DNA of 64,000 bases from Basidiobolus meristosporus CBS 931.73 (lineage: Eukaryota; Fungi; Basidiobolomycota): contig MCFE01000001.1 in assembly GCA_002104905.1 (NCBI GenBank), forward strand, positions 62,001 to 126,000, in the 5' to 3' direction. Positions 51,003-63,277 of the stretch are shown piece after piece; the first letter of the stretch is position 1, and each line of letters begins with the position of its first letter. The position numbers were made by a program, and so were the translations under genes. The notes under the pieces were generated by a model. It had not been told where the DNA came from, searched no databases, and worked only from the letters and a program-made list of their open reading frames with translations.

Positions 51003-54000
51003 ATGAACTCTTCGCATGACCAAGTGATATCGCAACTACGGCCCACCGACATCTGCACGATAATATCCTTTTTTGAGGACCGCACCCCGTGCGTTCTTGA
51101 TACGTCGCTCGACGTTATCCTTAACTCCTAACCACTCGGCTGAGGTAAAGTACAAGACGTCGACGGAGAAAAAGGTCCCAGGGGTCGTTGCGGTGGTGGT
51201 GAACGGTTTGACCGACAGGTCCATGGAGGCTTGGTAAAGTCCTTCCCCTCCCCTCTTTCCAACACTTTCCCTCCATTAACGACGACCATCTTCACACGGA
51301 TAGCGTGATACTGTTCAAAAAGTCGAAGGAGAATATCACCATCGCTGGGACTTATCCGATTTACGAGGATTTCGACCTGTCCATAAGTAGGCTTTTCGGG
51401 TTGTTGGTGCGCCACCCGCCTGGCACTAAGCTTTGTCCTGTTTAGGAAAGATCGCCCACAAAGAGAACAAAAAGGACGAGCAGCCGGTGTCCAGTGAGAC
51501 AGGTGAGTTACCTCAGGTCTGAGCGTTGTTCACGGACTGAAGGAGCATTCTAGGGCATGTGGTGGAGATAAGGAGCAAAATCAAGTATCTGATGTTCATT
51601 ATCAAGAACGACAAGGCCGTCCAGACGATGGAATATGAGATCAACAAATACCTACAGATTGCCAGTAAGTGATTCCCGGAGTCGTACTAGGCCTCTCAGC
51701 GCATTCACCCCGTCCATAGAGAAGAACAATTGGCGCGCCGACGGAAAGTCCCACCAATGGGTCAAGCTATACAAGATTCACAAGTTGGACGAGAGACTAG
51801 CGTTGGAAAGCAGTATGTTGATCGATCGAACTCACCCATTGCCAGGTCCACTGACTCATTCTCCACGCAGGAAGGAACTCATTAGCGGGTGCGTAGCGTT
51901 CGCAGCATCACGGCTCGTCCCATACTCACCTGTCTTTAACCAGGACTGAAGCTGAGTCAAGACAACCCATTCTTGAAAAAGGCCCAACTGGAATCAACCA
52001 TGGAGGCCAGCGTCGAACCGGACTCGGACCAGATCAAGGAAGACTACATCCTGAATAAGATGCAAGAAAGGGAGAGCGAGTTTACCCTCGTGGACAACAT
52101 CAAGTAGTCACCACCCATCGTCAATACCAACCACCATGCTTTACTGACCCCCATTTTGCAGGCTGTTCATCGGGACCTGGAACGTGAACGGAAGGCCCTC
52201 GAAGGAGTCGTTGATCCCGTGGTTTCAATCCTCGAAAGAGCTGGTGAACGCCGATATCATCGCGATTGGGTTTGTCAAGTTCGTTGTTCATGGCTGATCC
52301 GGTTGCTAATGCTGGTGCGGGTTTACACAGCTTCCAGGAGATGGATCTGAGCCCGGAGGCTTACTTGCTGAACGACGGTACGAAGGAGGAGGAGTGGGAT
52401 AACAGCGTCCGACAAGTCTTGGCCTTGATGAAGGATTCATATACGAAGGTAAGTGGCTGAAAGGCAAACGCCGGAATCATGGAGCTGACCTTTTGACGTC
52501 GGAAGCTGAGGTCCAAGCAACTGGTTGGGATGCTGCTGATGATATATGTGAAAGAGCAGCATGTCAAGGATATCGAATACGTGGCAGACAACTCGGCCGG
52601 CTGTGGAATCATGGGAATGATGGTAAGCATCCCACGCTGTCCACAATCCCCCACAAACTGATCTCACTCCACGTCCAAGGGAAACAAAGGCGGGGTGGCC
52701 ATCCGGATCAAATTTCGGGACACCTATCTGTGCTTTGTGAACTGCCATCTCGCTGCATCAGTCAGCGAGGTATCCCGCAGAAATCAGGATTACAAAGAGT
52801 TGTGCCGTCGACTGGTCTTCCCTTCGCACATAGGAGTGTCGAGATACTTCGCCACGGCCCCTGGGGTTGCAGGGGCGACTGGGTTGAGTAACACTATCAG
52901 CAACGTACACACCAGAGGACTCTCCGTGTACAACAACGAGTAGGAGCGTTTTGATACAACCAAGTAGCATTGAAAGATATTAACCCGCCTCAGTATCCTG
53001 TTCTGGCTGGGTGACCTGAATTATCGAATTGACCTTCCCGAGGAAAAGGTATTCGCCCTACTGAACGAGAACAAACTGGGTGAGCTTATCGAAAAAGACC
53101 AGGTACATTATTGGGGGGGGTAGTTCGCATTCCCAGACCCAAACTAACCCGGCATCGCCTCGTAGTTGAACGCACAGAAGAAACTCAACTTGGCATTTAG
53201 CGGGTTCTCGGAAGGAGAGCTGAACTTTTTGCCTACGTACAAATACGAGATTGGTAGCGAGGTGTTGACCCCCAAGTATGTAAAACGTTTCGACCAGTGG
53301 AGTGCACAGTCAGAGATCTGAGTATCGGCTCTTTAGCGAGAAGAAACGGATCCCCTCGTGGTGCGATCGAATTTTGTGGTGCGCCAACAAGGAGGAGAAC
53401 GTGAAGCAGCTCTTCTACCAAAGCCAAAACTCCATGGTGTCCAGCGACCACAAACCAGTGAGCGCACTGTTCAACGTTAGCGTAAGTCATCCCACCCCTG
53501 GCCCATATCCAGCGCTGCTCGACTGATGCCTCGTTTGAATCTCAGGTGAAGACCCTGCTTACTGGGAAATACGAGGAGGTTCGAGGGGAGATCTCCCGGG
53601 TATTGGACAAATTCGAGAACGAAGTCACAGCGGTGGTCTCGGTGTCGCCGCTTTCAATAGATTTCGGGGAAGTGAAGTACAACTGCTACGAATCTCGAAC
53701 CATCACCATTGAGAACACCAGTCCGGTAGGTTGATTTCTTGGCTGTTTGATATTGGTCGCTAAGCCTTCGCCATGTAGACCTGCGCGCACTTCGAAATTC
53801 TACCTACCGGGGATATCATGAAGGCCGCGAGGCCATGGCTCTGGGTGAACCCACCCAAGGATATGCTCTTGCCAGGTATTTCTTACTTTCTTGAGTGGTG
53901 AGGTCTGCGCACTTACAGTGGGCACCCAGGTGAGAGCAAACAGTACAACGTCACCATATTGGTGGATGAGAGCTCGGCGCCTGCGCTCAACATGGGCCAG

Positions 54001-54859
54001 GAGGAGCTGAAGACCATCATCAAGATAACGCTCAGAAACGAGAAGGCCTATTTCGTGGATGTGTTCGGCGAGTACAAGCCCACCTGCTTTGGTACTGCTC
54101 TCGGATATCTTGCCAAACTGACCGGGCCTATCAGGGAGGCAAACCCAAAAGAGATCCAATCCCTTCCCGCGCATTTCGAGCGCAGTATTCCATGGGAGAT
54201 ATGGAGGATGTGCGATTTCCTCTCGCGCTACGGGGCCACCACGGTAAGTCTGGGAGTCTGGCAGCGGCCCTTGTTCATGCATTCATCGCTGTGTTGTAGG
54301 AAAAACTCTTTTTGGAAAAGGGGGACGATGACCTGGTGACCTATATCAGAGAATGTCTGGATACCGGCGAGGAGTTTGATCACAAGATACTGATGAATGA
54401 CTCAAGCACCAGCACCAGAACCGCCGGAGGGAACAGTGGCATCTATTCAATGGCTGAGGCATTGATCAACTTCCTGAGGGCTCTGCCGGAGCCGGTTATC
54501 CCATTCGATTTATACGACAAATGTCTGGCCGCCGTTACTAAAGGCAAGGAGGCGATCACTGATGTAGGTGGCCCTTTTTTGAGCGAACATCAGCCCCTTT
54601 TTTACTGATTCTCCTGTAGGTGCTGGAGGAGCTACCCAGAGTCCACCTGAACGTGTTCATCTATCTCACACAGTTCCTAAGGATGCTGATACAGAGCGGG
54701 CCTTCCAACGACCCTGACCTCAAAGACAAATTGATCCTGTTCTCGGCCGTTCTGATGAGAACCCGCCAGTACAAGCCCAACCAATTTTATTTCATAGAGG
54801 AACGAAAGCAGACGGCGCTGCTCACCATCTACCTGGCTGAGGATGAGGAGTTTGACTGA
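51003..54859 (+). CDS. OCRL: OCRL/INPP5B-like inositol polyphosphate 5-phosphatase (PH-like, IPPc, ASH, RhoGAP-like); 5' end uncertain
   Basis: [61 protein letters not shown]-like SIDFGEVKY and RhoGAP-like [11 protein letters not shown]. Confidence 0.9.
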
Positions 54860-54885
54860 TCAACAAGCCATCGGTATATTTGCTA

Positions 54886-54916
54886 TGTTTCCCTGTGTTT
54901 CCCTGTGTTTCCCTGT
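54886..54916 (+). repeat. 10-bp tandem repeat (TGTTTCCCTG)3 just after the OCRL stop
   Basis: Read directly from the sequence. Confidence 0.9.
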
Positions 54917-55127
54917 ACCATTCGTCAATAAACTGCCATTCCTGTAACGCGAAAAAAAGGGACCAAATGCAGGGTCACTCGATGGAGGATTTACCCCATG
55001 AACATCGAACCCCACACATGGCAACAAGTAAATCAACTTTCATCAGGAGATATCATCAAATAAGCCCAGCACCGGTGTCGTCGGTTCTCGGCTAACTTTT
55101 ACCACTGTTACCTCGATCTCGTTCACA

Positions 55128-55310
55128 ATGGCTAACGGACCACTCCCTAACGACCCTTGGGCTCGTCGTGAAGCTTGGCGCTACAACGCATTCTTCTCCC
55201 GCGCCAGCAACGCCCGCCACATGTTCCCTGGACTGGGCATCGCCACTGTCGCCTTCACCATCTACTGCGGTGCGGAATACCTGTTGACCAAAAACTCGGA
55301 CAAACACTAA
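55128..55310 (+). CDS. NDUFB3: NADH dehydrogenase 1 beta subcomplex subunit 3 (B12)
   Basis: DPWARREAWRY...FPGLGIATVAF followed by one TM segment; 60 aa. Confidence 0.92.
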   Translation: MANGPLPNDPWARREAWRYNAFFSRASNARHMFPGLGIATVAFTIYCGAEYLLTKNSDKH

Positions 55311-55586
55311 GGAAACTCGACCCCCTTTCCGTCCACGGAGAGACCCGACCTAGCTTTCTTTACCCTTCACCGCTTACTCACCTTCTCCCCCCCCCCTCAA
55401 TGCATTGACAAAAGATTTTCCCGCTGCTGCTCTGCACAATAAACGAGCTTAAAACAAGGAAACCCAACGTGGCCACTCAAGGTTTATTCGGTTTGGTGAC
55501 TGGATTAAGGAATTAGTTGGATTGGAAGATACATACATGCATAAGTTCTATATCGACGATGGGATGGAGAATAGGTTGTGGATGGG

Positions 55587-57345
55587 TTAATCGAGGTGAA
55601 GGGTAGCGAGACTTTTGGCCCTTTGATCCAGAACTCTCTGGCGAAGGGATTGTTGCTCTTTGTGGAGAGATTTGCTCTGCTTCTTCTCGGAGCGTCGGTT
55701 CTTTCTCTCCTCCTTGATCGCAGCCTTTCGTGCCTTCTTCTCCTCGGGGGTTTCCTTCTTAGAGCGAGGGACTCCCTTGTTGATCTTCTCCGCCGTGTCC
55801 TCCTCTTCCTCTTCATTCTCCTCCTCCTCGGCCTGTTGCTTGGGCACCTCTACGACGGGAAACCCGTTTTTGTCGAATTTGATCCTACGTTTAGGCTCCT
55901 CACGAATCAGCGAGGGATGGTTGTCCAGGTTGGAGTAGGTACTCAGGATAGACTCGCAATCCCACATCTCCCTCTCCCTCTCGGCCCTCGACGCCACCGG
56001 CATGAGCATGGGGGTGGAGTCCTTCTCATATTTGGGGGGAGCGTTCATCTGTTGCTTTTTTTCCTCCAGACTGACCTCCAGGAATGCCTTTCTCATGGCC
56101 TCCAACTTCTCCTCCGAATCCCCCTCCAGCTTGGGGACCATCTTCTTACCCACCAGCTCGTACTTGTCCAAGAACTCGTCCAGGATATCGTCCAGGTCCT
56201 CTCGCTCCGGTCTTTCCGAATCCGACTCCGACTCGGTCTCGCTCTCCTCGTACTCCTTCTCGACCTTGTCGAACTGCTCGTCCAACAGAGTGAGCTTGTC
56301 GTTACGGAACATCACGGAGGAGGACATGGTGAAGTTGGTTCGGGTGTCCTCTTCGTACTCGTCATCCGAATCATACTTGGCTCCCATGTATCTACGGGCA
56401 GGGTGAGCGGTGAGTTGGGGCCGGTTAGGTCAAGTGGTACATGTAAAGGTTACCTTCTGATATTGGCCCATCCGGTGGTATCCTCCTCATACTCCTCATC
56501 ATCATAATCAGCGTAATCATCGCCATACTCCTCACCCCCTTCCGCGTCCAAGGATTGGATAAAGTCCTCATCCAAATCTCCATCATCGATGCCATCCTCG
56601 TCGTCCAAAGCCTCCAGTACTGCTCTCAATTCGGGGTCCATGTCGGGTTGTAACCCTTGAAGATCTTCGGGTAGGGCGGACTGATTCATCACACCGGTGG
56701 AGAGCTCATACTCGGAGGGCAAGGCGTCCTGTGGGAGGTCGAAGGTAACCTTTCTCTCTCTTCTAGAGGAGACGGAAGCCTGAGAAGTGTGAGCCGGCGA
56801 GGTCGGAAGCAAAGAGGAAATCCAGGGACTTACCACGTCATCGTCGACGAACTGAATCCCCGTATGTCTGGTCTTCTCCTGCTTTTTGGGTGCGGCTACG
56901 AAAACAGCATCAGGGTTCTCGCCGATGGGACGTAAATGCTGGGTGTAGTCGTACTTGGAATCATCATAGTAGATTCCGTACAAGGCAGCCTGTCCGATGC
57001 GTCTAGACAGAGGAAAGTGGGTTTAGAGGTTTGGCCAATATGACTTCGCCCTGGAGCGTTGAGCGTTATTTGTTGGTATTTACTCTTCGAGATCTTCCTT
57101 GTTCCCCTCTTGCGCTTCAAGACGTCTCTCCTCCTTGTTCTCTTTCTAAATTCAACCTGATCAGTATGGCCTCTGTAGCATACGGTCCGGTTTCCGTATC
57201 TAACCTTTGCTACGTTCAAGGGCACCACTTCTCTTAACACTCTGCTGGAGGAGTCACCATCACCAGCCAGGGGATCACGCTGGGAACGATGGACCACCTC
57301 GAAGTGGCGAGCGTTTTTCCGATCGATAAATTGCTTCTTTCCCAT
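55587..57345 (-). CDS. LTV1: 40S biogenesis factor LTV1, multi-exon
   Basis: MGKKQFIDRKNARHFEVVHRSQRDPL, YGIYYDDSKYDYTQHLRPIG, FTMSSSVMFRN, WDCESILSTYSNLDNHP and ETPEEKKARK. Confidence 0.95.
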
Positions 57346-57402
57346 GTCGCTTCTGATACACACAAGGCAACCCAGCAGAATACACGGGTAGTCAAAATCT
57401 CA

Positions 57403-57414
57403 TTAGGGTTAGGG
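57403..57414 (+). promoter_or_regulatory. Tandem TTAGGG (telobox-like) site upstream of LTV1
   Basis: TTAGGGTTAGGG 58 bp before the LTV1 ATG; regulatory role inferred. Confidence 0.4.
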
Positions 57415-57535
57415 TTGGGGTTGGTTTTTTTTCTTTTTTCGCACAATCATGAATAATTCATCGTTTAGTTGCAGCAAAGGAAAAGCAAAGGAAAATCTAG
57501 ATTTTTATTGATGGGCGAATCGTGCTTCACCGCAC

Positions 57536-58921
57536 TTAATCGACCATGATCTTGGAATCCAGTTGCTGGTACTCTTCGAAGAAGGCAGTGAACAATTGGA
57601 TGGACTGCTTGACATCCTCAGTACCGCACATCTCACGAATACTGTGCATGCTCAATTGCGGCGCCCCGACATCAATCGTACGCATGCCCAACTTGGCACT
57701 CAAGATAGGGCCAATGGTGGAGCCGCATCCCATGTCATTTCGGACCACGAATTCCTGAAGTGGGATGTGGTGGGATTTGGCCAAAGCCTTGATAGCCAGC
57801 GAAGTGGCCGATGTGGTTGCGTATCTCTGGTTAGCGTTCACCTTGATGACAAGTCCCTTGTGCATCGCGGGGCGGTGGTTCTCCTCATGTTTCTCGGGAT
57901 AGTTGGGATGGACGGCATGGGCCATGTCCGCACTGATCATGAAGCTTTTGTGGATCGATTCCTCGAATCCGGTGGTGTTCTCTCCGGACTGTAGTCTGCG
58001 CAGAGTGGCCTCTAGCAGATGCGAGTTCGCTCCGTAGGCCGATTGGGATCCGATCTCCTCATGATCGAAGAGTGTCACCATACGAATGTTGGCATCCTCG
58101 CTCAAAGACTCTAGAGAATTGATCAGGGCATCGATGGAGCAGTGTGACATCAACAGGTTGTCAAGGCGTGGCGAAAAGATGAATTCGTCCATGGCACCAC
58201 CAATGGCGGATGGCTGGGTATCGTAGAGGCATAATTCAAAGTCCTGAATCTTCTCTCCGGAGACCCCCAGTTCCTTGGCCAACAACTCGATCAAGACCGA
58301 ATGATGCTTGGACATCTCGTCCGATCCTTGGCTTTCTACGGCTTTGGAGTTCAAGGCCTTGGCTGCGGTGGCAAGGACGGGGGTGAGATGGGTCTCCTTG
58401 TTCAGGGTGAAGTTCTCACCTGAGCCACGGTCCAAGTGAATGGCTAGGTTAGGTACGCGAAGAATGGGTCTTGCAATTCGTACCAGTCTGCTTTGGTAGC
58501 TGCCGTCTTCATTCGCCACCATCACTCTTCCAGCAACACTCAGATCTCTGTCAAACCAGGTGTGCCATAAGCCACCACCGTAAGTTTGAACGCCCACCTG
58601 AAGGTAACCCTCCTTCTCCTTCTTCGAAATGGGCTTCATCTTCAGACAGGGACTGTCAGTGTGCGCTCCCACAATGGAGACCCCGTTGCCTTGCACAAAC
58701 TTGCCACCCACGGCGAAAGCGATGATGGAGGACTTGTTACGGGTGAAAAAGTATTTTCCGTTTTGTTTGATCAGTCCAGCCCAGCTTTCTTTTTCCTTGA
58801 TCTCCACGAAGCCCGCTCCTTCTAGCTTCTTCTTGCTCTCCTCGACCGCATGGAAAGGACTTGGACTGTTGTTCACAAAGTCCAGAAAGTCTTGGGCATA
58901 GGCGAGAGAACTCTTCGACAT
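57536..58921 (-). CDS. APE4: M18 aspartyl aminopeptidase, intronless
   Basis: GAHTDSP, WFDRDL, RLDNL, DHEEIGS, SADMAHAVHPNY and QLSMHSIRE; ATG at 58921. Confidence 0.95.
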   Translation of the reverse strand: MSKSSLAYAQDFLDFVNNSPSPFHAVEESKKKLEGAGFVEIKEKESWAGLIKQNGKYFFTRNKSSIIAFAVGGKFVQGNGVSIVGAHTDSPCLKMKPISKKEKEGYLQVGVQTYGGGLWHTWFDRDLSVAGRVMVANEDGSYQSRLVRIARPILRVPNLAIHLDRGSGENFTLNKETHLTPVLATAAKALNSKAVESQGSDEMSKHHSVLIELLAKELGVSGEKIQDFELCLYDTQPSAIGGAMDEFIFSPRLDNLLMSHCSIDALINSLESLSEDANIRMVTLFDHEEIGSQSAYGANSHLLEATLRRLQSGENTTGFEESIHKSFMISADMAHAVHPNYPEKHEENHRPAMHKGLVIKVNANQRYATTSATSLAIKALAKSHHIPLQEFVVRNDMGCGSTIGPILSAKLGMRTIDVGAPQLSMHSIREMCGTEDVKQSIQLFTAFFEEYQQLDSKIMVD

Positions 58922-58967
58922 TGTAAAAAGAGGAGGAATGATTGGCAAGGTGGATGTTTTTCCATTT

Positions 58968-59036
58968 AATTAAGGGCTTTTTCTGGATAGAATCAGGTTT
59001 TCGTTAAATTAAGGGATTTCTCTGGATAGAATCAGG
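58968..59036. repeat. 30-bp direct duplication (period 39, 28/30 identical) between APE4 and the chitin-synthase-like gene
   Basis: aattaaggg(c/a)ttt(t/c)tctggatagaatcagg occurs twice. Confidence 0.85.
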
Positions 59037-59203
59037 GGAGCCAAATCTCGGTAACTTTCTCGAAGGTTGCACAGCATCGCTTATTTCGGTAATTCCGTGT
59101 AGCATTCCCGAATAACCAGATTCATGTTTACTCCTTTCGTTTGGTTTGATGTAGGATTGATGGGTTTATTTACATAAAATAGTCAGGAGTTTAACAAAAT
59201 CCT

Positions 59204-62200
59204 CTATGGAGACTGCGGCGTGCTGTTGGTTGGCAAAAGGGCCAACTTCTCCAGGGTGAATTCCTCGATACAATCGTGAATATAATCATTGTGAAGGGTA
59301 ACCGCGTCCCCGAAATGCTCGAACAGGTGCTCTTTGACGTCTCTTCGAGTGATCGAATTGAGATTGGAGTCCTTGAGGAAGAAGTACACCTCTTCCCGCA
59401 ACAGCCGCTGCACTAGCGCTGTCTTGGAGCCATTGGTGGGCCCGTTCAGCAGATGGGAATGGTCTCGGTTGGAACTCCGGTCGCTTTCCGGTCTGGACCT
59501 GGGTTGGGATTCTGTCTCGTTGGTAACGGCGTCTAGATGGCGTGAGTAAAAGGATAGTGTTCTAGAGGATCGGGTGTAGTCACTGCTGTACTCGGATTGC
59601 TGCATGGAGCTGTAGGTGACTTGCGAGAGGCGGCTGGCGGATTTCGGGGAACAGCTTATTGAGAGTGGCTCGTCGTTGTCCAAACTTTTGTGCGATGCGC
59701 CGCTGAGATGATGGGTTTTCGAGATGGTGCTCCGGGAGGATTGATATTCAAAGGGCAGGCTGATCAAAATCTCCTCTGCTTTCTGATCCACTTGCGTTGT
59801 CAGATCCGACTCCACCACCTGGATCCCCGGAATGGTATCCGTGGAACTGGCATCCTCCACCGAAATTAGTTGTTGTGTTCCATCTCCGAGTCCATCCTCC
59901 GCATTCTCCAGCTCATCATATTCGGCGATGGTCAACAATGAGATCTGCATGCTGACTTTGTACTGGCTGCTGGTGTCATCCAAGATCCCGTGTTTACGAC
60001 GGATCGATTTGGCCCCGGTTGGGATGGTGTCCACCCACCTACGGTCGTCACGGTGCCACAGCGAATACAGCGGGATGATAAAGCAGTAGAAGGGAAGGGA
60101 GAAGAGGAGCGCAAAGACCAGCCAGAAGACCGATGAAAACATCCCCCGCACGGCCAGAATCATAACATTGAAGCCCAGCATGCAAAGCAGCGTGGCTCCC
60201 ACCACCAAGTACGATAGCTCGTCTGTGGCAACACTTCGGATCACCACATAGTATAAATAGAGCAGAAACACCGGCATAACCATGTGACTCAGCAACTTCA
60301 CTCCTGTGACAACCTGATGGATCAGCCCTCGATGCACCCTGGCCAGCTCGAAGTGGCTGTGAAATGCCGCGCTGGTGGCCCTGCCTTGTTGCCCAAGGAA
60401 GACAGAGAATATTGGGGTGAGTTTGGTGTAGAAGATTGCGGAACTCTCGAAGCCTAGCCGCAACTGGGGAAAAGTCTTGAGCAGGATGACGGAAAAGAAC
60501 GAATCCTCGCCCAGAAGCAGTGTGTTTTGCAGATGCATTGTGTTCGGTCTGGGTGTACTGAATCCAACGATGGCCGAGGTATCCACCACACAAGGCTTGT
60601 TGTCGGCGAATTTGATCCGGTACATGGTGCATGGGCCATGTAGAAAGTTCACCCCACCGACCATCGATTCGAAGGCCGGTTTGAAGTGATGTGTCATAAA
60701 GAAAGGGTAGACTTGAAGCATCGTAATGAACGAGTCCGACGGATTGGCTGGCTTCACATGGCCTGAGAGAGCCATCAGTTGCTGGTTCTGGTCCATTCGA
60801 TCGATTAATTTAGAGAGAGCTCCTGGGGTGACATACGTATCAGCGTCCAGTACCAATGCATACTGGAATGAGCGCGGATCCATCCCGATCACGTTATTGA
60901 TGTGGTGATATAGCTCGTATTCTAGCGGTGTTAGCTTGTTGTGAGGATCCAAAAGGCCCTCCAGTAGGTTCCACATGATCAGTACTGAGTCCCGCTTACC
61001 ACGGTTGCCTGCATAGCGAATCTCCATGGGATTCCCACACTTGACCACCACCACATAAGCAATTCGATGCGTTCCGCATGAATAGAAACCTGAGTAGACC
61101 TTGGCCAGGTTGACATTCTTGTTCCCCTCGCCCAGAGAGATGTAGGCCTTTAGCTCGGGTTCAGGGCCACTAAAGCCCAGCACATCTAACACAAGCTGAT
61201 GTGTGTATACGGTGGATCCAGGTGGAGTGAAGACCCCGTCGCAGATAACCATCAACAGCTTATTGCTATCATCCAAGTTTGTTCTGGCCACACTGTCAAA
61301 ATTCAGTTTCAAGGTCAGCTGGTCCTCTCCGTAACAAGGCACCATCACGATACAGTTGGACGATGGCATCAACTTCCCTTTGTGTGGGAACTCTAGCAAT
61401 GCCACTACAGTGTAGGTGGTAAGAATCATGAAGGGAAGGCCAAGAGTGAGCCAAAGAATGGGGTTGAAGGAGTTGCATCTTGGATAGACGACCTCCTTCA
61501 CCGTGCCTTTGTAGAAAAGCTTGTCCATACAGCGCAAGTAGATGTCGCTGTGCTCCAGTTTGCTAAACGGCTCGGTCGCATCCTGGCCTACATGTTGGAC
61601 GATCAGGTCGGTGACGTCGCGCGGAAACAATCGGGCATCCGGGTCAGCTTCGGAGTACTTGATCAGGTCGGAGACATCATAGAGGTGATCGTTCACTATC
61701 ATGTGGCCCAGTTGTGGCGTATCACTGCTTCCTAGGATAGAGTAATCAAAAACCAGATCTGTAACACAACACAGCAGCATTAATTGTATGCAATCAACAG
61801 CAACTCCAAGCATGTATCGTTACCTCCAATGGTTGCCTTGGCTACTTCGAAACGCACAGAGATGTTGTAGAAGCAGTGGGTGGACGCCCGAGTGGGCTGA
61901 ACCATCGGTCTGTCTGCTGGACCAGGGCACTCGATCAGCTTCTGGTTGGAAACGCGATAACCAGGATCGTTGAATATCCTCTTCTCCAGCCAATTATCCG
62001 CTTTGGTTAGGTTGTGGATGCAGCGATTAATCTCATGATCAGGATACTCGGTGGCTCCTCTGGTGCGCGCAAGCAGGGTGAATGAGGGAAACATGGGGGA
62101 TACATCCTTGCCCAAATATCGCCTAACCTCCTCCCCTACCGTGGATGTGGAGTGAGACAGATCAGCGATCTTCCCATTGATGGCGACATATTTCGACCCA

Positions 62201-62771
62201 CTCAACTCCTCAGGCGAGTACAGCTGCTTGGGAGTGCAATAGGAGTATGGAACGATCTCCACCCAAACAACAAACAATGAGGACACACCCAGCATGAGCA
62301 GGAACAGAGTTATTTTCTCTCGTAAAGATTGTCTAGAGGCTGTATCTGGGTTAGTTGGCTGTGGAGATGGCAGGCGGACCACAACCTACCGGCATCTTTT
62401 CCCCCCAGCCATGTGAGTATAAGATCTGGAATAAGAAGAGTGAAGACCCGTGAAATCAGCTCCCAGCCTCTCCGAGTTTTGGATGGATTTGGGTAGCCGT
62501 GCGACAATGCGAGCGAATTTTGGGAACCTCTTCGAAACGATCCTGCCTCTGACTGTGACGCGTAAAATTTCTCGGCCTCAAACGATGGAAGCTTCTTGTG
62601 GTCATCCCATGGATTGAAGTTGAACTGTGTAGTGTATTCGCCATCTTTACATGGTAATATCAGCGTTTGACTGAGTGACAGCGCAAGAATGTGCGTACCT
62701 TGTGACCCTCTGTGACCGCGAAGTTGCCGATATAACGAAGGTTTGCTGTATTTCTTGTTTGACGATGTCAT
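59204..62771 (-). CDS. Chitin-synthase-like protein (cyt-b5-like, GT2 core, TM, DEK_C; no myosin head) with degenerate catalytic motifs, 1132 aa
   Basis: Exons 62771-62699, 62644-62390, 62339-61824 and 61758-59204 sum to 3399 nt; VPCYGE, ICDG, GNRGKRDS, LDADT and C-terminal DEK_C-like ITRRDVKEHLFEHFG. Confidence 0.9.
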
Positions 62772-63277
62772 ATTTCCAATAGCCAGCAGCAAGGGTTGTA
62801 TTAGCGATCAATCAATATGGCATATTCGAGTGGCTTGATAGAGAAAATCCGCCAGCATTATGAGGCCTCCATATATATATATAGGCGGTTGTCACAAGGA
62901 GGTGCATCCAGTCCCTACTCTGCATCCAATGCTTACTGCCATCCATGTAATTTTCCGATATATGAGACCTGTGCAGCGTTGGACCAAGACGTTGAGTGTT
63001 CAGCCAGATGTATGCGTACACATGCCATTGTTGACAGGAGATATCACTAACACATATCACACGTGATTTAGATTAACCGAGATTTATTCAACTTACGCAG
63101 CATTTCAATTCAACATCTCAATTTTTTCGAGAATGAGGATTACGTATTCGGTGAAGTGATCCTGCTTAGGTTATCATCTAGGGGAGTAGAATAGAGACTT
63201 CAGCTAGTGGAAAGTCTCTTATTTATCCCATACCAGTGTGAAGCTCCCAGCCAAAGAGTGACTTGGTAAAATACATC

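Noticed and set aside
51036-51415. Minus-strand ORFs 51128..51415 and 51036..51224 as a separate gene
   Set aside because: The plus strand has proper GT-AG exons continuing into OCRL, and the minus-strand peptides have no recognisable motif.
55578-56507. 309-aa Leu-rich plus-strand ORF
   Set aside because: Antisense reading of the Glu/Lys-rich LTV1 exon.
57403-57424. Interstitial telomere or chromosome-fusion scar
   Set aside because: Only two exact units inside a short promoter; treated as a possible binding site instead.
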